NCBI GenBank assembly: GCA_031835245.2
Contig: JAVKOQ020000038.1
Location: forward strand, 124,001 to 188,000
Direction: 5' to 3'
Length of the DNA stretch: 64,000 nt
DNA from: Balamuthia mandrillaris
Taxonomy: Eukaryota
Below are positions 1 to 12,756 of this stretch, in pieces. Numbering within the stretch: the stretch's first letter is position 1; every line of letters starts with the position of its first letter. The notes beneath the pieces were generated by a model that was given only the letters and a program-made list of their open reading frames with translations, searched no databases and had not been told where the DNA came from. Made by a program: the position numbers and the translations under genes.

Positions 1-160
1 CACGTTTCCCAAGGGAACGCCAAGGTTTGGCTCCTTAAACTACAAAAGTTGAAAAAATTCGAAGGTGAGCAGGAATTCGTTTCCAACAAAAGTTTGTGTC
101 CGAAACAGGTCAGGCCAAAGGAAAAACGTAAACGACAAGCAGAACGACCCGCTGTTGTTA

Positions 161-904
161 TTAGACAGGGTTGGTCAGCAAAGAAGCAGTTTCATCCTTG
201 TTCATCTCGAGGGCCTCCTTCGTGTCCTCTTTCTTTTTTGAGGTCTTGCAGCACGGCGATGCGGAGATCAGGATGCCCACCAACGCCAAGAAGCCGATGG
301 TCAATGGCAGCAAGGCCACAATGGCTTGGAAGATCATCTGCCCGTAGAGGCGCCCCAACCGCTCCACAAACATCACGCAAAAGCTCGTGGCCACGCCACC
401 CGGCCGCGAGTCGCACGCCCCCTCCGCGTCCTGGTAAAAGGCCTTGCAGTCCTCTCCGCTGAGCTGAGCCAACACGGCAATTCCCCAAAAGGCCAAGGCG
501 GGCATCAGCACAAAGTACAGAAAGTTGCAGAGCAGGAAGGCCCAGTTAAGCAGAGAGGCAAGCAAAGGGTTGGTCGGGAAAAGAGAAGAGGAGGATGGAG
601 AAGAACAGGGAAGCAGGTTTTGGAGAAAGGCTTTGGGCGTGGTGTTGGAGGGGAAGGAGACGACGAAGAGGGGAATGAAGAACATGGCAAGGATGTTGGC
701 GATGAAGGTGGAGGCCACCACGGCGTAGAGGTGGTACTCCGACTCGCATTCCGAGTGGGCCTTGTCCCGTTGTCGAATGATGACAACCAGAGAGTACACC
801 ATCACTTCAAAAAGAAAAATACACAGAGAGAAGGTTAGTTCTTTCAACCAACACGACTGCTTGTGCGGGTGTCGTACGTGCAATCGTGACGATGAGCTGA
901 CCAA
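161..904 (-). CDS. Hypothetical multi-pass membrane protein (start uncertain)
   Basis: 247-aa ORF with about 4 hydrophobic segments and GC-rich codon usage; no family recognised. Confidence 0.5.
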   Translation of the reverse strand: MVSSSSRLHVRHPHKQSCWLKELTFSLCIFLFEVMVYSLVVIIRQRDKAHSECESEYHLYAVVASTFIANILAMFFIPLFVVSFPSNTTPKAFLQNLLPCSSPSSSSLFPTNPLLASLLNWAFLLCNFLYFVLMPALAFWGIAVLAQLSGEDCKAFYQDAEGACDSRPGGVATSFCVMFVERLGRLYGQMIFQAIVALLPLTIGFLALVGILISASPCCKTSKKKEDTKEALEMNKDETASLLTNPV

Positions 905-1297
905 GCGCTTTCAGCAAACCAGCCCCGCTATTGCTATTACTCATTGCGTGCTTGTTTTGTTCGTTTGTTTGTTTGGCTTGTTGCTTTCAAGAAAAAAACT
1001 TGGTCTTTGTTGGTCAGGTATCCTGTTCTTATGAGCAGCGTTCCTCCTTCCTGGCCTCCTTCGGAGTTCTCCCAACGAACATTCTTGTTTTTTTTTTTTA
1101 ATTGCATTTCATCATGGGCAGCATTACAGCTCCTGATTTCCTAGTGGGCCGGAGGAATCCTTTTTGTCGACCCATATTCCTCGCGAACGAAGCAAACCAT
1201 GGTATGCCTTTTTTTTTTCCCCTCAAAAAAAAAGCTGTTTTTTGCTTTTTGCTGTGTCTGCACTTTCTTTCACAGACATGATGGCACGGAGGGGAGC

Positions 1298-1341
1298 GGC
1301 CATACCACCCCAGCCATGATGCCGGCTGGGGTGGTATGGCC
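1298..1341. repeat. Perfect 18-bp inverted repeat with 8-nt loop
   Basis: GGCCATACCACCCCAGCC-atgatgcc-GGCTGGGGTGGTATGGCC. Confidence 0.9.
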
Positions 1342-2292
1342 AACGGCAACAAAGCCAGTGCATCCATCTGAATGCCCAGGTGCCATTGGATGTTGTTTAT
1401 CAGCAAAGAACCTATCCTATTCGATGCCGGTGCTGTGGTATATGTAGGCAGAGAGGAAGGCTCGCTGCTTCGCCTCAGCCCATTGTATCGTGTGGATGCG
1501 GGCTGCTCATGGCTTCAGAGAATTCACAAGTTCTAAAGAGAGCACAACTTGCGAGCATGAACACGTAGGAGCGAAGGGTTGAGCGTAGCGCTTCCAACGA
1601 GTGACGTCCAACTCATCGTCAGTTACTTTAGCGTAAACTTCTCGCACAACTTGGCGTCCCCAAACCTCGGCCCGAAAGGCCTGCTTCGCCAATTCTCGCC
1701 CGTGATAAGGGTCGTTGGCCTTGTTCCGGGCTTCAGCCAGCTCTTTTGCCAGCTGTGAAGCTATTTGCTGAGCCTCGGCTACAGCGTATGCCTTTTTGCT
1801 CAGCTTCGAAACCCCTCAGCACTTTGCATTAAAACAGACAAGGATGGAGTGGGTGCTCGTTCTAGCACTTGTGCTTTGTGGCCGCCGGTTGGTGAGGGCA
1901 TGCCTGCGTCGTCATTGGGCTTGGGCATTTTTCTTCATTCCAACGGTGCACGCGCCCATTCCCATACATTTTGCTCAGATTTCCTCGAAAAAATATCACA
2001 ACGTGACGACGTGACGATCAGAAACGTTGCCACGTCAGGCGTGACGTCAGGCATGATCCAAATAATATCGGGCCGATAAACGAGTCATGCCCTCCACCAA
2101 AGCGAAACGAGCGGCTTGTCTAGACGAATCGCTGGATGGAACATACCTCCTCCGTGGCACCTCCTGCCGAGTGTTTATATTGCAGCCAACAAAACAAAAA
2201 GAAAGAAAGAAATTTATTATTTTTGTAACGCCAAAACTTGTTAAGCAGAAGCAGAATCGAATCCTTCCTTTGTCCAAAGGTTAACGAAACAT

Positions 2293-2721
2293 ATGGCAGG
2301 CCGATTCGAAGACAGCTACGAGGAAAGGGTGAGACAGCGTCAACAGTTCCTCGAGCAACAGCAGCGCGAGCTCGAGGCGGAGGAACGCCGCAGGGCGGAG
2401 GCCAACCGCCGCCTCCTGGAGGAGCAGGAGCGCCGCCGGGAGGAGGCCGCCATCCAACAGGCCAGCCGCCTCGCCCAAGAGGGCCACCAACAGGAGAAGC
2501 AGCACCTGGTCAACCTCACCACCGAGGAGCAGTTCGAGAGCCAGGTGGACAGACACCAGAGGGAGATGAGGCAAAAGATGGAGCAGCAGCAGCGGGAATT
2601 GGAGGAGGAGGAGAGAAGGAGGGAGGAGCAGCGCCAGCGCTACCTTCAGCAGCAACGCGAGAAGAAGGAGGCCGAAGCGAGAAGAATCAGAGAAACTGTT
2701 GTGAATAAAGCCGAACAGTAA
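2293..2721 (+). CDS. Small E/Q/R-rich coiled-coil protein
   Basis: 142-aa ATG ORF with host-like GC3 codon bias and charged heptad composition. Confidence 0.65.
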   Translation: MAGRFEDSYEERVRQRQQFLEQQQRELEAEERRRAEANRRLLEEQERRREEAAIQQASRLAQEGHQQEKQHLVNLTTEEQFESQVDRHQREMRQKMEQQQRELEEEERRREEQRQRYLQQQREKKEAEARRIRETVVNKAEQ

Positions 2722-2783
2722 ATACTGTAAAGTTGTCAACTATCTTTAAAAAAAACAAAAAAAAAAGCAAACAAACAATCAAA

Positions 2784-4532
2784 TCACTCCTCCAGTTTTT
2801 CTTTGTCTTTAGACTTGGAGGCGGAGACGTGCGGGACGACCCCGTTGGACTGTTCGATAAAGTCGTGAACGGTCTGAGGGGGCCACATCACGATGTACGC
2901 CGTCCACACGGTGGAGCTGAAGGTGAAGACGGGAAGGGTGGCGTACAGCGCCCCGTGAAACACCACTCCCAATATCCAACTCACCTGTTGTTTTTTTTGT
3001 TTTAATGAAAAGAAGAAAGAACAAGAACAAGAACAAGAACAAGAAGAAAGAACAAGCAGAAAGAACAAGCAGAACAAGAAGAAAACCTTTTTCATTTGCC
3101 ATGAAAGAAGAGGCCAAAAAGCAAGCGCTAGTTCCAGGCCAACAGAGAAGAAGGCCCCGATGACGGCCGTCTCGTGGAAGAAAGGAATGGAGGAGGGCCA
3201 GTTGGCGTCCCAGTGGTGGTACATGAATATTGCCTCCAAACGATCTCCGTTCAAATAGCCTGCGTTACATTTGCTCCATGCTCCCCTTTCGTTTGCAAAA
3301 GGAAGAACGGGGAAAGAGGCAGGAAGAATAAATAGGGGTTAGAGCACATATCAGCTTGTGGTAAGATTTGAGCTGGTTGAAGATTTACCAGAAATAGGTG
3401 GTCATCACTTGCAGCACTACCAAAGGAACTGCCCAGAGTTTACCTCTCTCTGTTACTCCACTTCGATCCACCTTTTTTCACATGGTCAAAGTTAACAGTG
3501 AGAACCGAGGAAGATAGCAAACACAGAACCAAAAGAGCCAAGAAGTAACGTACAGGAGGAAGGAATCCCTTCACCCGAAGCCAGTTATCAAGGGAATAAG
3601 AGTTTCCACATGGCAGCAACGGAAGCAACGCCACCAGATTCGTCAAAAATGTGGTGTGATGGTGTGTATATGGCTCATGAGCTTTTGTTGTTTAAACGAA
3701 TGTAGTTATATAAACAGAAACGAGGAAAAACAAAGAACAAATGGAGACCAACCTGCGCCAACGCCATAACGAATGAGGAGCATGGTAATAGCGGTCCATG
3801 TGGAAGCGAATGGTGTGAACAAGCCGACAAGCAACATTGCTGTCGCTGGGTAAAAGGAAAATCCAAATGCAGCTTTCCATCCCTTTTATTGAAGAAAAAT
3901 AAAAAAGAAAGTGAGACTAGCGAGAGAGAGAGAGAGAGAGAATTATTCATGTTTGTATAACAGAGAAGAAAGTTACCAAGCGAAGCAACGATTGACCCGT
4001 TCTGGCCGACAGCAAGTCTAAAGCAAACCGGGACCATAGATTTAACACCAATCCTATCCGCAGAAGAGCTACTCCCCTTTTCCACAAAGAAGCAACCATA
4101 ATGAGCAATCAGGAATAATAAGGACAAAAGAGGAGAATGAATACCTAGTAGAGCCTTCATAGTGGTCAATCCAATAAGTAAAACAGCTCCAAGCCCAACG
4201 CATCAGTAAGAAGGGATACAACAACCAATCGATCGCGGAGGCGGAAGATGATGAACAAGGTAAAGGAGGACGAGCGAAGGTCTTCCAAAGAGAGAAACGA
4301 CTGATCATGTAACCCACAAGTCCCAACAGCACGTAGAACATTATGTACATCAATGGAGTTACGTCATCGCGTTTGCCGATGTCAGGATAAACACCGCTTT
4401 TGGTGTTCAACGACTTGCCTTGTATCTTATGAGTAAAGTCGGTGCTACATACCTTTGTTTTGTTTTTGTTGTTTTTGAATGTTAGAACGCAAAGTGAGCA
4501 AGAAAACAAACAGTAACATAAAACATATATTC

Positions 4533-4565
<33 letters not shown>

Positions 4566-4915
4566 ATTACGTTGTCTTCTCCGTTTTCAGTGAGAGGAGC
4601 CCATCCATAGGGCAACACTTGCCCGCAACGAATCACTCCTCTTACATCAAGTTCCTCCGCTGTCGGGTCATGCCCATGATTCTACATAAAACACAATTGG
4701 TTAATGCAAGCAGAGATACGTCGCGTATAACCACAAACCGTAATGAACTCTAGCCGGAGCTCTCTGCATTTTTTCTGTACAAGCTTCCAGGCACTGAAGA
4801 GCTGTTCTGGATGCTCTTTTTGTCTTTTAAAAGTCGTGAGTGGAGTGGCAAGCGATTGGTGTGTTTGCGTTGTGTGCAGCAACAAAGGAACAGAGTCAAC
4901 AGGACAGCGAAGCAG

Positions 4916-4959
<44 letters not shown>

Positions 4960-5422
4960 AGGAAACAAGAGAGAGAGAGAGAGAGAAACTTGAAAAACCC
5001 CAAAGTAGTGCAAAGTGTTAAAACACGTACGTGAAGTCAAAGGGCACGGGTTCGATCTGCCCATCGGTCTTGTACCAGTCCAACTCCACGTGGCAGGTCT
5101 TGTAGCCCGAGCCAGAGAACATGCTCCACCGCATCATCCAGGAAGGGCCGGTCCTCCAGCCCAGGAACTGGGTGTAGAAAGGGGTCACGCAGAACCACAG
5201 CAGGACGGTCAAGAAGAGAAGCGCCTTGAGGTGAGTCCAGAAAGACGTGGCGACGTAGTGGTGGTGAGGAGGAGGAGGAAGGGCTCCCCTTGTGGCACGT
5301 GGTGGTTTAGAGGAGGTGCCTAGTGCTTCGTAGTCGTATACGTCCTCTTGCTGCTGCTGTTGAGAAGAAGAGGAAGGAGACATGATCCAGCGTTGAAATA
5401 AACGAACCCCTCCTTCCTTCAT
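2784..5422 (-). CDS. Multi-exon HTTM-domain / vitamin K-dependent gamma-carboxylase-like membrane protein
   Basis: Exon fragments LLPLLPCGNSYSLDNWL, GLELALAFWPLL..WILGVVFHGALYATLPVFTFS and WSMFSG resemble HTTM-family motifs; (TC)n-rich introns lie between them. Confidence 0.45.
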
Positions 5423-5793
5423 TTTTTTTTTTTTTGTTTTCCGAATCGGATGGTAACGCTCCGGCGGGGAACCCCAAACAACAAACTAAAGAAAATATTC
5501 CCCCTCTTCCGTGTTTTGTTCGACCAAAGAAAAAAAAAAGCAAAGGTGCAACTCTAAACCGTTGGTCAACGCTCTCAGAGCAAGAAAGGCACGATAGGGT
5601 GGGTTAAACCTGGCCCAAAGGCTCAATAAAAAAACACCAACAAGAAAAGCAACTCTTTTTCTGTCTCTTTTCCTTCGGCTTAACGTTAAATTCAAAGCGA
5701 GCACGCCATTGGTCTGGTCGCCGTTTTCTCCCCACGTTGATTGGTCCTTTGATTTTTTTTTTCAAGAAGAAAAGGATTGACGTGTGGAAAGAA

Positions 5794-5828
<35 letters not shown>

Positions 5829-5849
5829 GAGAGAGAAAGTGTGTTTCAT

Positions 5850-8800
5850 TTATTCGTTCGTTCGTTTTTTTTGTCGTTTCTTCAAAGCTTTGCTTTGGTG
5901 GTGGTTGGCGGCAGAGGCGGAGGCGGACCTGGCGAAAGAAAGCAGAAGAGAAGGAGAGGAGCCCAGCTGGTGGTGGCGCTGCGAGTTGGTGGTCGACAGG
6001 AACGAATCCGCATCGCCGCGGGACGTTTGTTGTGGGGGAGTTGAAGGAAGGGGTTGACGATAAGATGATACGTTATCTTCTTCTTCGGTGTTGTTACTGT
6101 TGCTATTGGCATCGTCATCAGCATCCTCTTCTGGATCGTCGCTCACGCGCAACATTTGTTCTCGCTCCAAATCCATCTCGGCGAGCAATGCCATCATCGT
6201 TCTTCTTCGTTGGTCCTTCTCCTTGCTTGTTGGCATCAAGAGACTCAATAAATCCGAACAAGACGAAGAATATGACAATGAAGAAGTTGATGATGAAGAA
6301 GAAGGAAGCAAAGGTGCTTCAACGCGAATGGTAGTCAGTTGGTTTTCGTTGCCATTGTGGTGAGGAGTTGCTGTTGAGATGATGGCAGGTGCAGAACAAG
6401 AGAGGGGAGAAGAGAGTGACGAAGAAGTTTTTTTGTTTGTTTTGTTAGTTTCGCTGAGAGAAGAAACGGAGAAAGAGGAAGAGGAAGGAGAAAGTGAGGT
6501 GTGAACAGTTGTTGCAGTAGGCGAAGAAGGGGATGACGACGAAGGAGACGACGATAGCGAAGAGGACACGCGCTGTCGCTTCAACATCTCCAACGATTCT
6601 AGCGCAGCAAAGGGAATGTCCTCTTCTTCCACAAACTCGTTACCGTGTCGACGATGATGAGAATTGTTCGAGCTTCCATTCATCAAGCTATGCCGACGAT
6701 TATGCTTACGTTGTCGTCTATGCTTCACGTCTTCTTCTTCTTCCTCTTCCTCTTCTTCAAGTTCTTCTTCCTCTTCTTCATCTTCTTCATTGGCATCACT
6801 CGTTTGATGGTCCAAACATTCAGTACGATGCTTCATTGGCGCTGGCAGACGATCCAAAGAGGTAATGCGGATGCGAACGGGGCGTAAACAGTCCTCCCGC
6901 TCTTTGCGAAGACGGCTCAACTTCTCCTTGTCCTCATCGAGGACGAGTCCATCTGCACTATGCAACTTCAACATCCCAATTATCTTATCTATCTTTCTCA
7001 ACTATTTAACGTAGGCACAAAATGTTAGTAAAAAGAACGAAAAAGGTTGCCAGAAAAAAAAATGAATGACGTACATATCGATAAGGCCATTTGCGACGAG
7101 TGCATTCCTTGAAGCGTTTGCAGAGCATGGACTCGGAGATGCCAAGCCTACGTGCCGCCTCTTTTTGAGGCAACGTCAACAGGTCAGTTATGTCAATGTA
7201 GTTTATCTCCGCGCTCATTCGCTCCGGTTGCTTTCGCTTTGTCCCGGAGAGACAATTATTGTTACTGTTGTTGGTCGAGTCTTGTGTTGGGGCCTTTGAG
7301 AAAGAAGAAGAATTGGTGTTGTTTTGTTGTAGCGGTTGTTGATAAGGCGTTTCGCTGGTCCAAGAGGAAGAGGAAGTGAAGGAAGAGGACGAAGAGGAGG
7401 AGGAAGAGGGAGATGGAGGAGAGACTTCAGTGAAGCGAAGAATGAGTTCGCGAGAAGAACTCAATGAAGAAAGCGAGCTCACATCTGGGACAGGCTCAGC
7501 CATCGACGTCGATGTCCCCACATCTTCATCTTTTTGTTCTTCCTCGGCAGAATCTTTGCCTACACAACAAAAAAAGAGTTTGGCTAGATGAGAGATAGAG
7601 CGAGAAGCAAACACGAGCATAACAATAAGTACCTGAGTTTTTACGCTTCTGAGAGGTAGGTCTGGAAGCAACATGAAAGGGTGTCGTCTTGGCAGTAGCA
7701 AGCGTGCGCACAAATCCATGTGCAGAGTACTCCTCCACGGAGAACACCACGCAGAAGGACTGATGTTTGTGCTTGGAGCTCACGTCCATCACTTTGAGCT
7801 TGGTGAAGACCGCTCTGCCCTTAGTGTTGACCGTGATCTGCTTGATGCCCTGAAGAATGTCCTGGTTGCCTTGAGCGGTGGTGATAACTTCCTCCCCTGT
7901 CAAATGGTAAAAGAGACGAGCACGAGCGATCAAGAACATGCCTGCCGAGGCGGCAAAGGGAACGGCCAGCGCGGGAGGAGGAGAGAGATAACGATTGGCA
8001 GTGGCCACTTCGGCAGGTTGTTGCACTATGCGAATAGCTAGCTGGTCGGGAGAGAGAGGTATTTGCTTTCCTTCTGTTGCCAGGACCGCGTCCATCTCTT
8101 CTGTATGTTCTTCTGCCACTTTAGATCTTAAGGCGCTTTCCTTCTGTTCTGTTGCCATTCCTTCGCTCTCCTGTTCGTTTGTACGCTTTGTGTCTGATTT
8201 ACCGCTGTTTATCGAAAGCATATAAGCTTAGGGACATGCGAGAAAAGGAATGTGAGAGAGAAAAAAACCTGGAAGCAGCAGATAGAGAGAGCAACAGGTC
8301 ATCCAAAGAGGCTTCCTTGCTGCGATGAATAAGCTGCAACTCGCATCCAAGTTGCTTCAGCTTGAGCACACGCTGCATGGAAGCGTATTCATCCGTTGCC
8401 AAGGCGGTCGCGTTTGCAGTCACAGGCAGTTTGTAGAGAGCTTTAAGCTGGTCCAACAATTGAACTTCCCTCTGCAGATAACATTCTAGTTCTTGAAGCT
8501 GTTTGGGAAAGCTGGCAAGCTTTATTCCTTTTCCTGATGTTTCTTTGTTGTTGAAGTTGTTAAGGAGTTGGTTATTATTGTTATTGTTGTTGTTATTGTT
8601 GAGAAGGAGGAAGCTCTTTTTTCGTTGTTGCTGCAAATTCTCTGCGTCAGCGAGGTTCGTTGGCTCCGCTCCAACCGAGGCATGTTTTTCCTTAACCACA
8701 ACACTCACTTTTCCTGCCACTTAAGAGGGCAAACAAAACCAGTGATGTTAGAGAAAAGGTGTTTTGAAAAAAAAAAACACAAAAAAGAAACAAACGAACC

Positions 8801-9409
8801 AAGTTGGGGCAGAGACTTCGTTGTGGAGAAGGAAGAAGCAGAGGCAGAGGAATAGGAAGAAGAGGCTTGTGCTAGTGGCAACGGTACTTGAGAGACAACC
8901 GGAGGACTCTTCCTTGTCAGTTGTGTGGCTGTCGTTACGGTCACCATGGTAGAAGCGGAAGGAGAGGGCTGGAGGGAAGAGAGGGAGGCGGACGAGGTTG
9001 AGGCAGAAGCCGCCGAAGAGGAAGCAGCAGCAGAGGAAGAACGTAGAGCAGGTGGCTTTGGTTGCAACGGAGGGTGGGTAGTAGTGGAGGCTGATGGAGG
9101 AGGAGGAAATGAGAAAGAGGGTGAAAGAGCAGGAGTAGCAGTAGAAGCAAGTGTCGAAGAAGTAGTAGCAGCAGCAGAAGAAACGGTAGAAGAAGAAGAG
9201 GCCATACCGTTGTTACCTGAACTTTGGAGTTTAGAAGAAGAGGAAGCAGTAGTGGATGAAGAGGTAGCGGGAACGGAAGATTTTCGTCGGTTTTGTTGGT
9301 TCTGTTGGTTCTCATGAGCCGCCGCGTAGAAAGGCGAAAGAAGGAGGGAGTAGCCTCTCGCGATGGGATGGTTATGCATAGAGGCAGGAGCTTGGATGCT
9401 GGTCATCAT
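5850..9409 (-). CDS. RWP-RK domain transcription factor, multi-exon, with an upstream beta-rich domain
   Basis: ITDLLTLPQKEAARRLGISESMLCKRFKECTRRKWPYR / RKIDKII matches the RWP-RK pattern; flanked by Ser/Glu low-complexity regions. Confidence 0.8.
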
Positions 9410-10104
9410 TCTTTGCCTCTTGCTCGAACCGCTTGAATTTTTGAACGTCTACGCGAACGACAAAAAAAAGCCAAAATAAAAACCAGTTCAAAAGAAATAA
9501 ATCCAAACCGATCAATCAATCTCAATCCAATCACTACCAATCGAGCAGAGAGAGAAAGATGGAGAGATGAACTGAGCGAAGAGACGCGTTGGTCGAATAA
9601 ATAAATAAAAAGAGTAAATTTGAAAAGAAAGAAAAGAAAAGAAAAAGCAAAAATTAAAAAAAAGGCGGGAAAGAAAGCAGGAGAAGAAGCGAGAGAGAAG
9701 AAGCGGGAAAAAAAAAATAGAAAATAGGAGAGAGGAGTAACGGTCGAGACGAGAATGAAAACACACACAAAAAAATTCAAAGGACAAAATAAAAACTTCG
9801 GAAAAATGCCTTCCTGAATTTCCCACGGAGTTGATTTGAAGGAAATTTAGTTGAGAGATCTATCTACCAATACCATGGAAGATGGCAAAAACTCCGGGCC
9901 AATGGGCATCGGGGGCTAGGGTTCCGAGGAGGTGTCGACAAAAACGATAACCCTAACCTAGAAATTTGAGCGCCCTTTCGCGCCATTGTTTCTCGCCCGA
10001 CCACCACAAGAGGAGGGAGAGATGAGCGAGGTTTTTATTTTTTCTTATATAAAACGAAAAAAAAAGAGCAAGAGAAATTACACAGCTTTAAAGGGAGAGG
10101 GAGA

Positions 10105-10146
<42 letters not shown>

Positions 10147-10343
10147 ATGGGAGTAGATGATAAATGCAAACAAACAAAAAAAGGAGTCGTACATGAAGCC
10201 ATTGGGCTTGCCACCACTTTCTTTCTCGATTTTTCCTGCGCTAATGCAATAGTTGCACGCAGAAAGAAACAAGAGGAAGCGGAAGGAGAAAGGAATATCC
10301 TCTATCAGCAAACTTACGTAAGCAAAAAAAAAAGTTCTCCGCT

Positions 10344-12555
10344 TCAGATCAGCGAGTTATTCACCAGCGGGCGGCCTTGAGAAGGATAAGGCGGCTGTTG
10401 TGGTTGTTGCTGTTGTGGCGGCAAAGCAAATGGGTCGAATGATGTGAAGTTGTTTTGGCTCGCGGGGGAGAGCTGTTGGTGTTGAGGCTGAACTTGTGGT
10501 TGTGGTTGCTGTGGATAGAAAGAGGGCAATGGAGGCCCTCCTGTAGCGCCATAGGCAGAGGAAGAGGGAGCATACGTGCGCGAACGCTGTCTGAGGTTGT
10601 TGGTAGGAGGACCGGCGAGACGGGGCATGGACTCTGCATCCCTCGTGCCCATCGCCGCCAATACAGCCTTGTCAGTTTGGACGGGAGCAAACGAAGGAGT
10701 TCCTTGTGGTTGAGGTTGAGGTTGGGACGGCACGGCTCCGTTTCGTGGTGATGCATCTCGGGTGGCTCTCGCGGGTTGTTGAAGTTGCGGAGCAGCGGCG
10801 GCGATAGCAGCAGCGGCAGCAGAACGAGTGCCAGTAGCACTGCGTGGAGCAAAGTCCTGATCCTCAAAGTCGATGAGAAGGTTGGGTTGGACCACAGGTG
10901 GGGAGGACTCGCTACGGTTGCCGCGACGCAGCGCCATCATGCGGTTCCTCTCCGCCTTCTGTCGCTCTTCCTCGTAGATCTCGCGGCGGATCTTTTCTCT
11001 CTCTTCTGCCTCGATCTGTTTTCGGATCCTTTCTCGCTCCTTTTCTGCATCTGCAGGAGTGCGGCTAGCAGCGTCCTCGTCGTCGGAGCGTTCATTCTCG
11101 TCGTCGTCCTCGTCGTCGCGTTGGCTAATGGGGACTTGCTTGTCGTGAGAGTCATAGCGATCAAAGGCGGGAATGTCGCTCTCCAGTTGCTTGTGCTTCT
11201 CTGTGATGGCACGCCTGAATAGTTTATCACCTTTGTTAACTTCGGACAAGAAGCAGAGAGGAAAAGAAGAAAGAAAAGCAGAGAAGGAATAAGAGAGAAT
11301 AAGAAGGGAAGTGAGAAATGAAAGAGTACTTGATGGCTTCCACCCAGTCTTGGGCGTGGAACTGGTCTTTGGCCTCCAACGTATGAACCTTGATCCTGCC
11401 CATCTTCTCGCTTATTCCAATATCAAAGCAAGCCGGCTTTTTGTGGGGCTGCACTTGCACTATGCTAGTCAACGGCCACTCCTTATGAATCACATCGGTT
11501 TTGTGATCCTTTGTGTTGTTTTTTTTTTAAAAAAAATAAAATATAAACAAATATTACGAATAATCAGCATCACGAGAATCTTCAAGAACAGAAGACAGAA
11601 GAAGAAAGAAGATAGATGCGAAGGTTGAAAGATATATACAAAGAAATACAAAGTCAAACATGTTTAAAAAATAAACAATACAGAAACTTACCAGCATCAA
11701 CAAGGAGTCCTTGGTGAGCACAAGCTTGCGCATGGCAGGCCAAGCGATGCCGGTCATGCCGATCAAGATGAGGCTCTCCTTGAGGGTTTCGCCCGAGGCG
11801 GCGCCGGTTCGTATGTACTGCACCTTATCATTCCTTTGCTTGAATAAGTTCAATGCAAAACTCATCCTGGATTCTTCTTCTTATTCTTCTACTTCCCCCC
11901 CCCTCCCCTTCCTCTTCTTCTTGACAAAGCAAAACACAAGACTGGACTAAGATCTTCAACGAAAAGAAAAAAAAAAATAAATAATTGCTGTATTAGTGGT
12001 GGTGAAGCGGCCCTAAAAAAATATAGGGGTGGACTCCAACAAGGTAGAAACCTGTCTGCCGGTGGCGCTGCATAGATATTGGACATAGATCAGCGCTGCC
12101 GCTTGTACCCCCAAAAAACACAAACCTGGTTGTTGGGGGTCATAAAAAAGCCCCTAAAAAACAGAGTTGAAGAAGAAACTCTTCTTAGAGTTGAGAACGC
12201 ATCACAGTTCTGCCCATCACTCGATCGTGGTGCACCATATGAGGAGGAGTTTCAGTTTCACGGCGTTGGAACTATAAAGTGTTCCTCAAAAAGAAGCTGG
12301 AGGAGGAGGATGCTGACAAACTTTTCTTCCTCGCCGTTTGATGAGGGTGGTGGAGAAGCTGGAGTGTCGACACGTTGAATGAGAAGCGGCGTGGCGTTGG
12401 AGGTCTTGGCTTTGAACTTGTCCATGAACAACGGCCGCTTCCGTCGGTCTCCCGCTCCTCCTCCTCCTTTGCCATTGTTGTTGTTGTTGGCCAGGCTCAT
12501 CGCTCCGCTCTTTCTTGCTTTCTTTTTTTGTTGTTGCGGAGAGGAGAGAGGACAT
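10344..12555 (-). CDS. PH-domain protein with coiled-coil and Pro/Gln-rich tail, multi-exon (ends approximate)
   Basis: RKLVLTKDSLL...WPLTSIVQVQPHKKPACFDIGI...HTLEAKDQFHAQDWVEAIK (PH C-terminal Trp helix); DPF motif in the tail. Confidence 0.6.
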
Positions 12556-12756
12556 GAGATCGCAGCAAAAGCAAGGGAGTAGGACACGAGAGAGGACAAA
12601 AACTTAGACATTCTCTCTCTCTCTGCAGGGTGCTCCCAGGGAACCCAAGTTGGAGAGGAAAGAACCAAGTTCACCCACTTGGATGTTAGGCAACGTTTCT
12701 GCTCCCTCCTTTCAATGATAGTTGGAGCGGTGTAAAAAAAGGAGGAAAGATTGAGT

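Noticed and set aside
2020..2055. Clustered TGACGT(CA)-like motifs
   Set aside because: Plausible host promoter elements but short and common; no function supportable from sequence alone.
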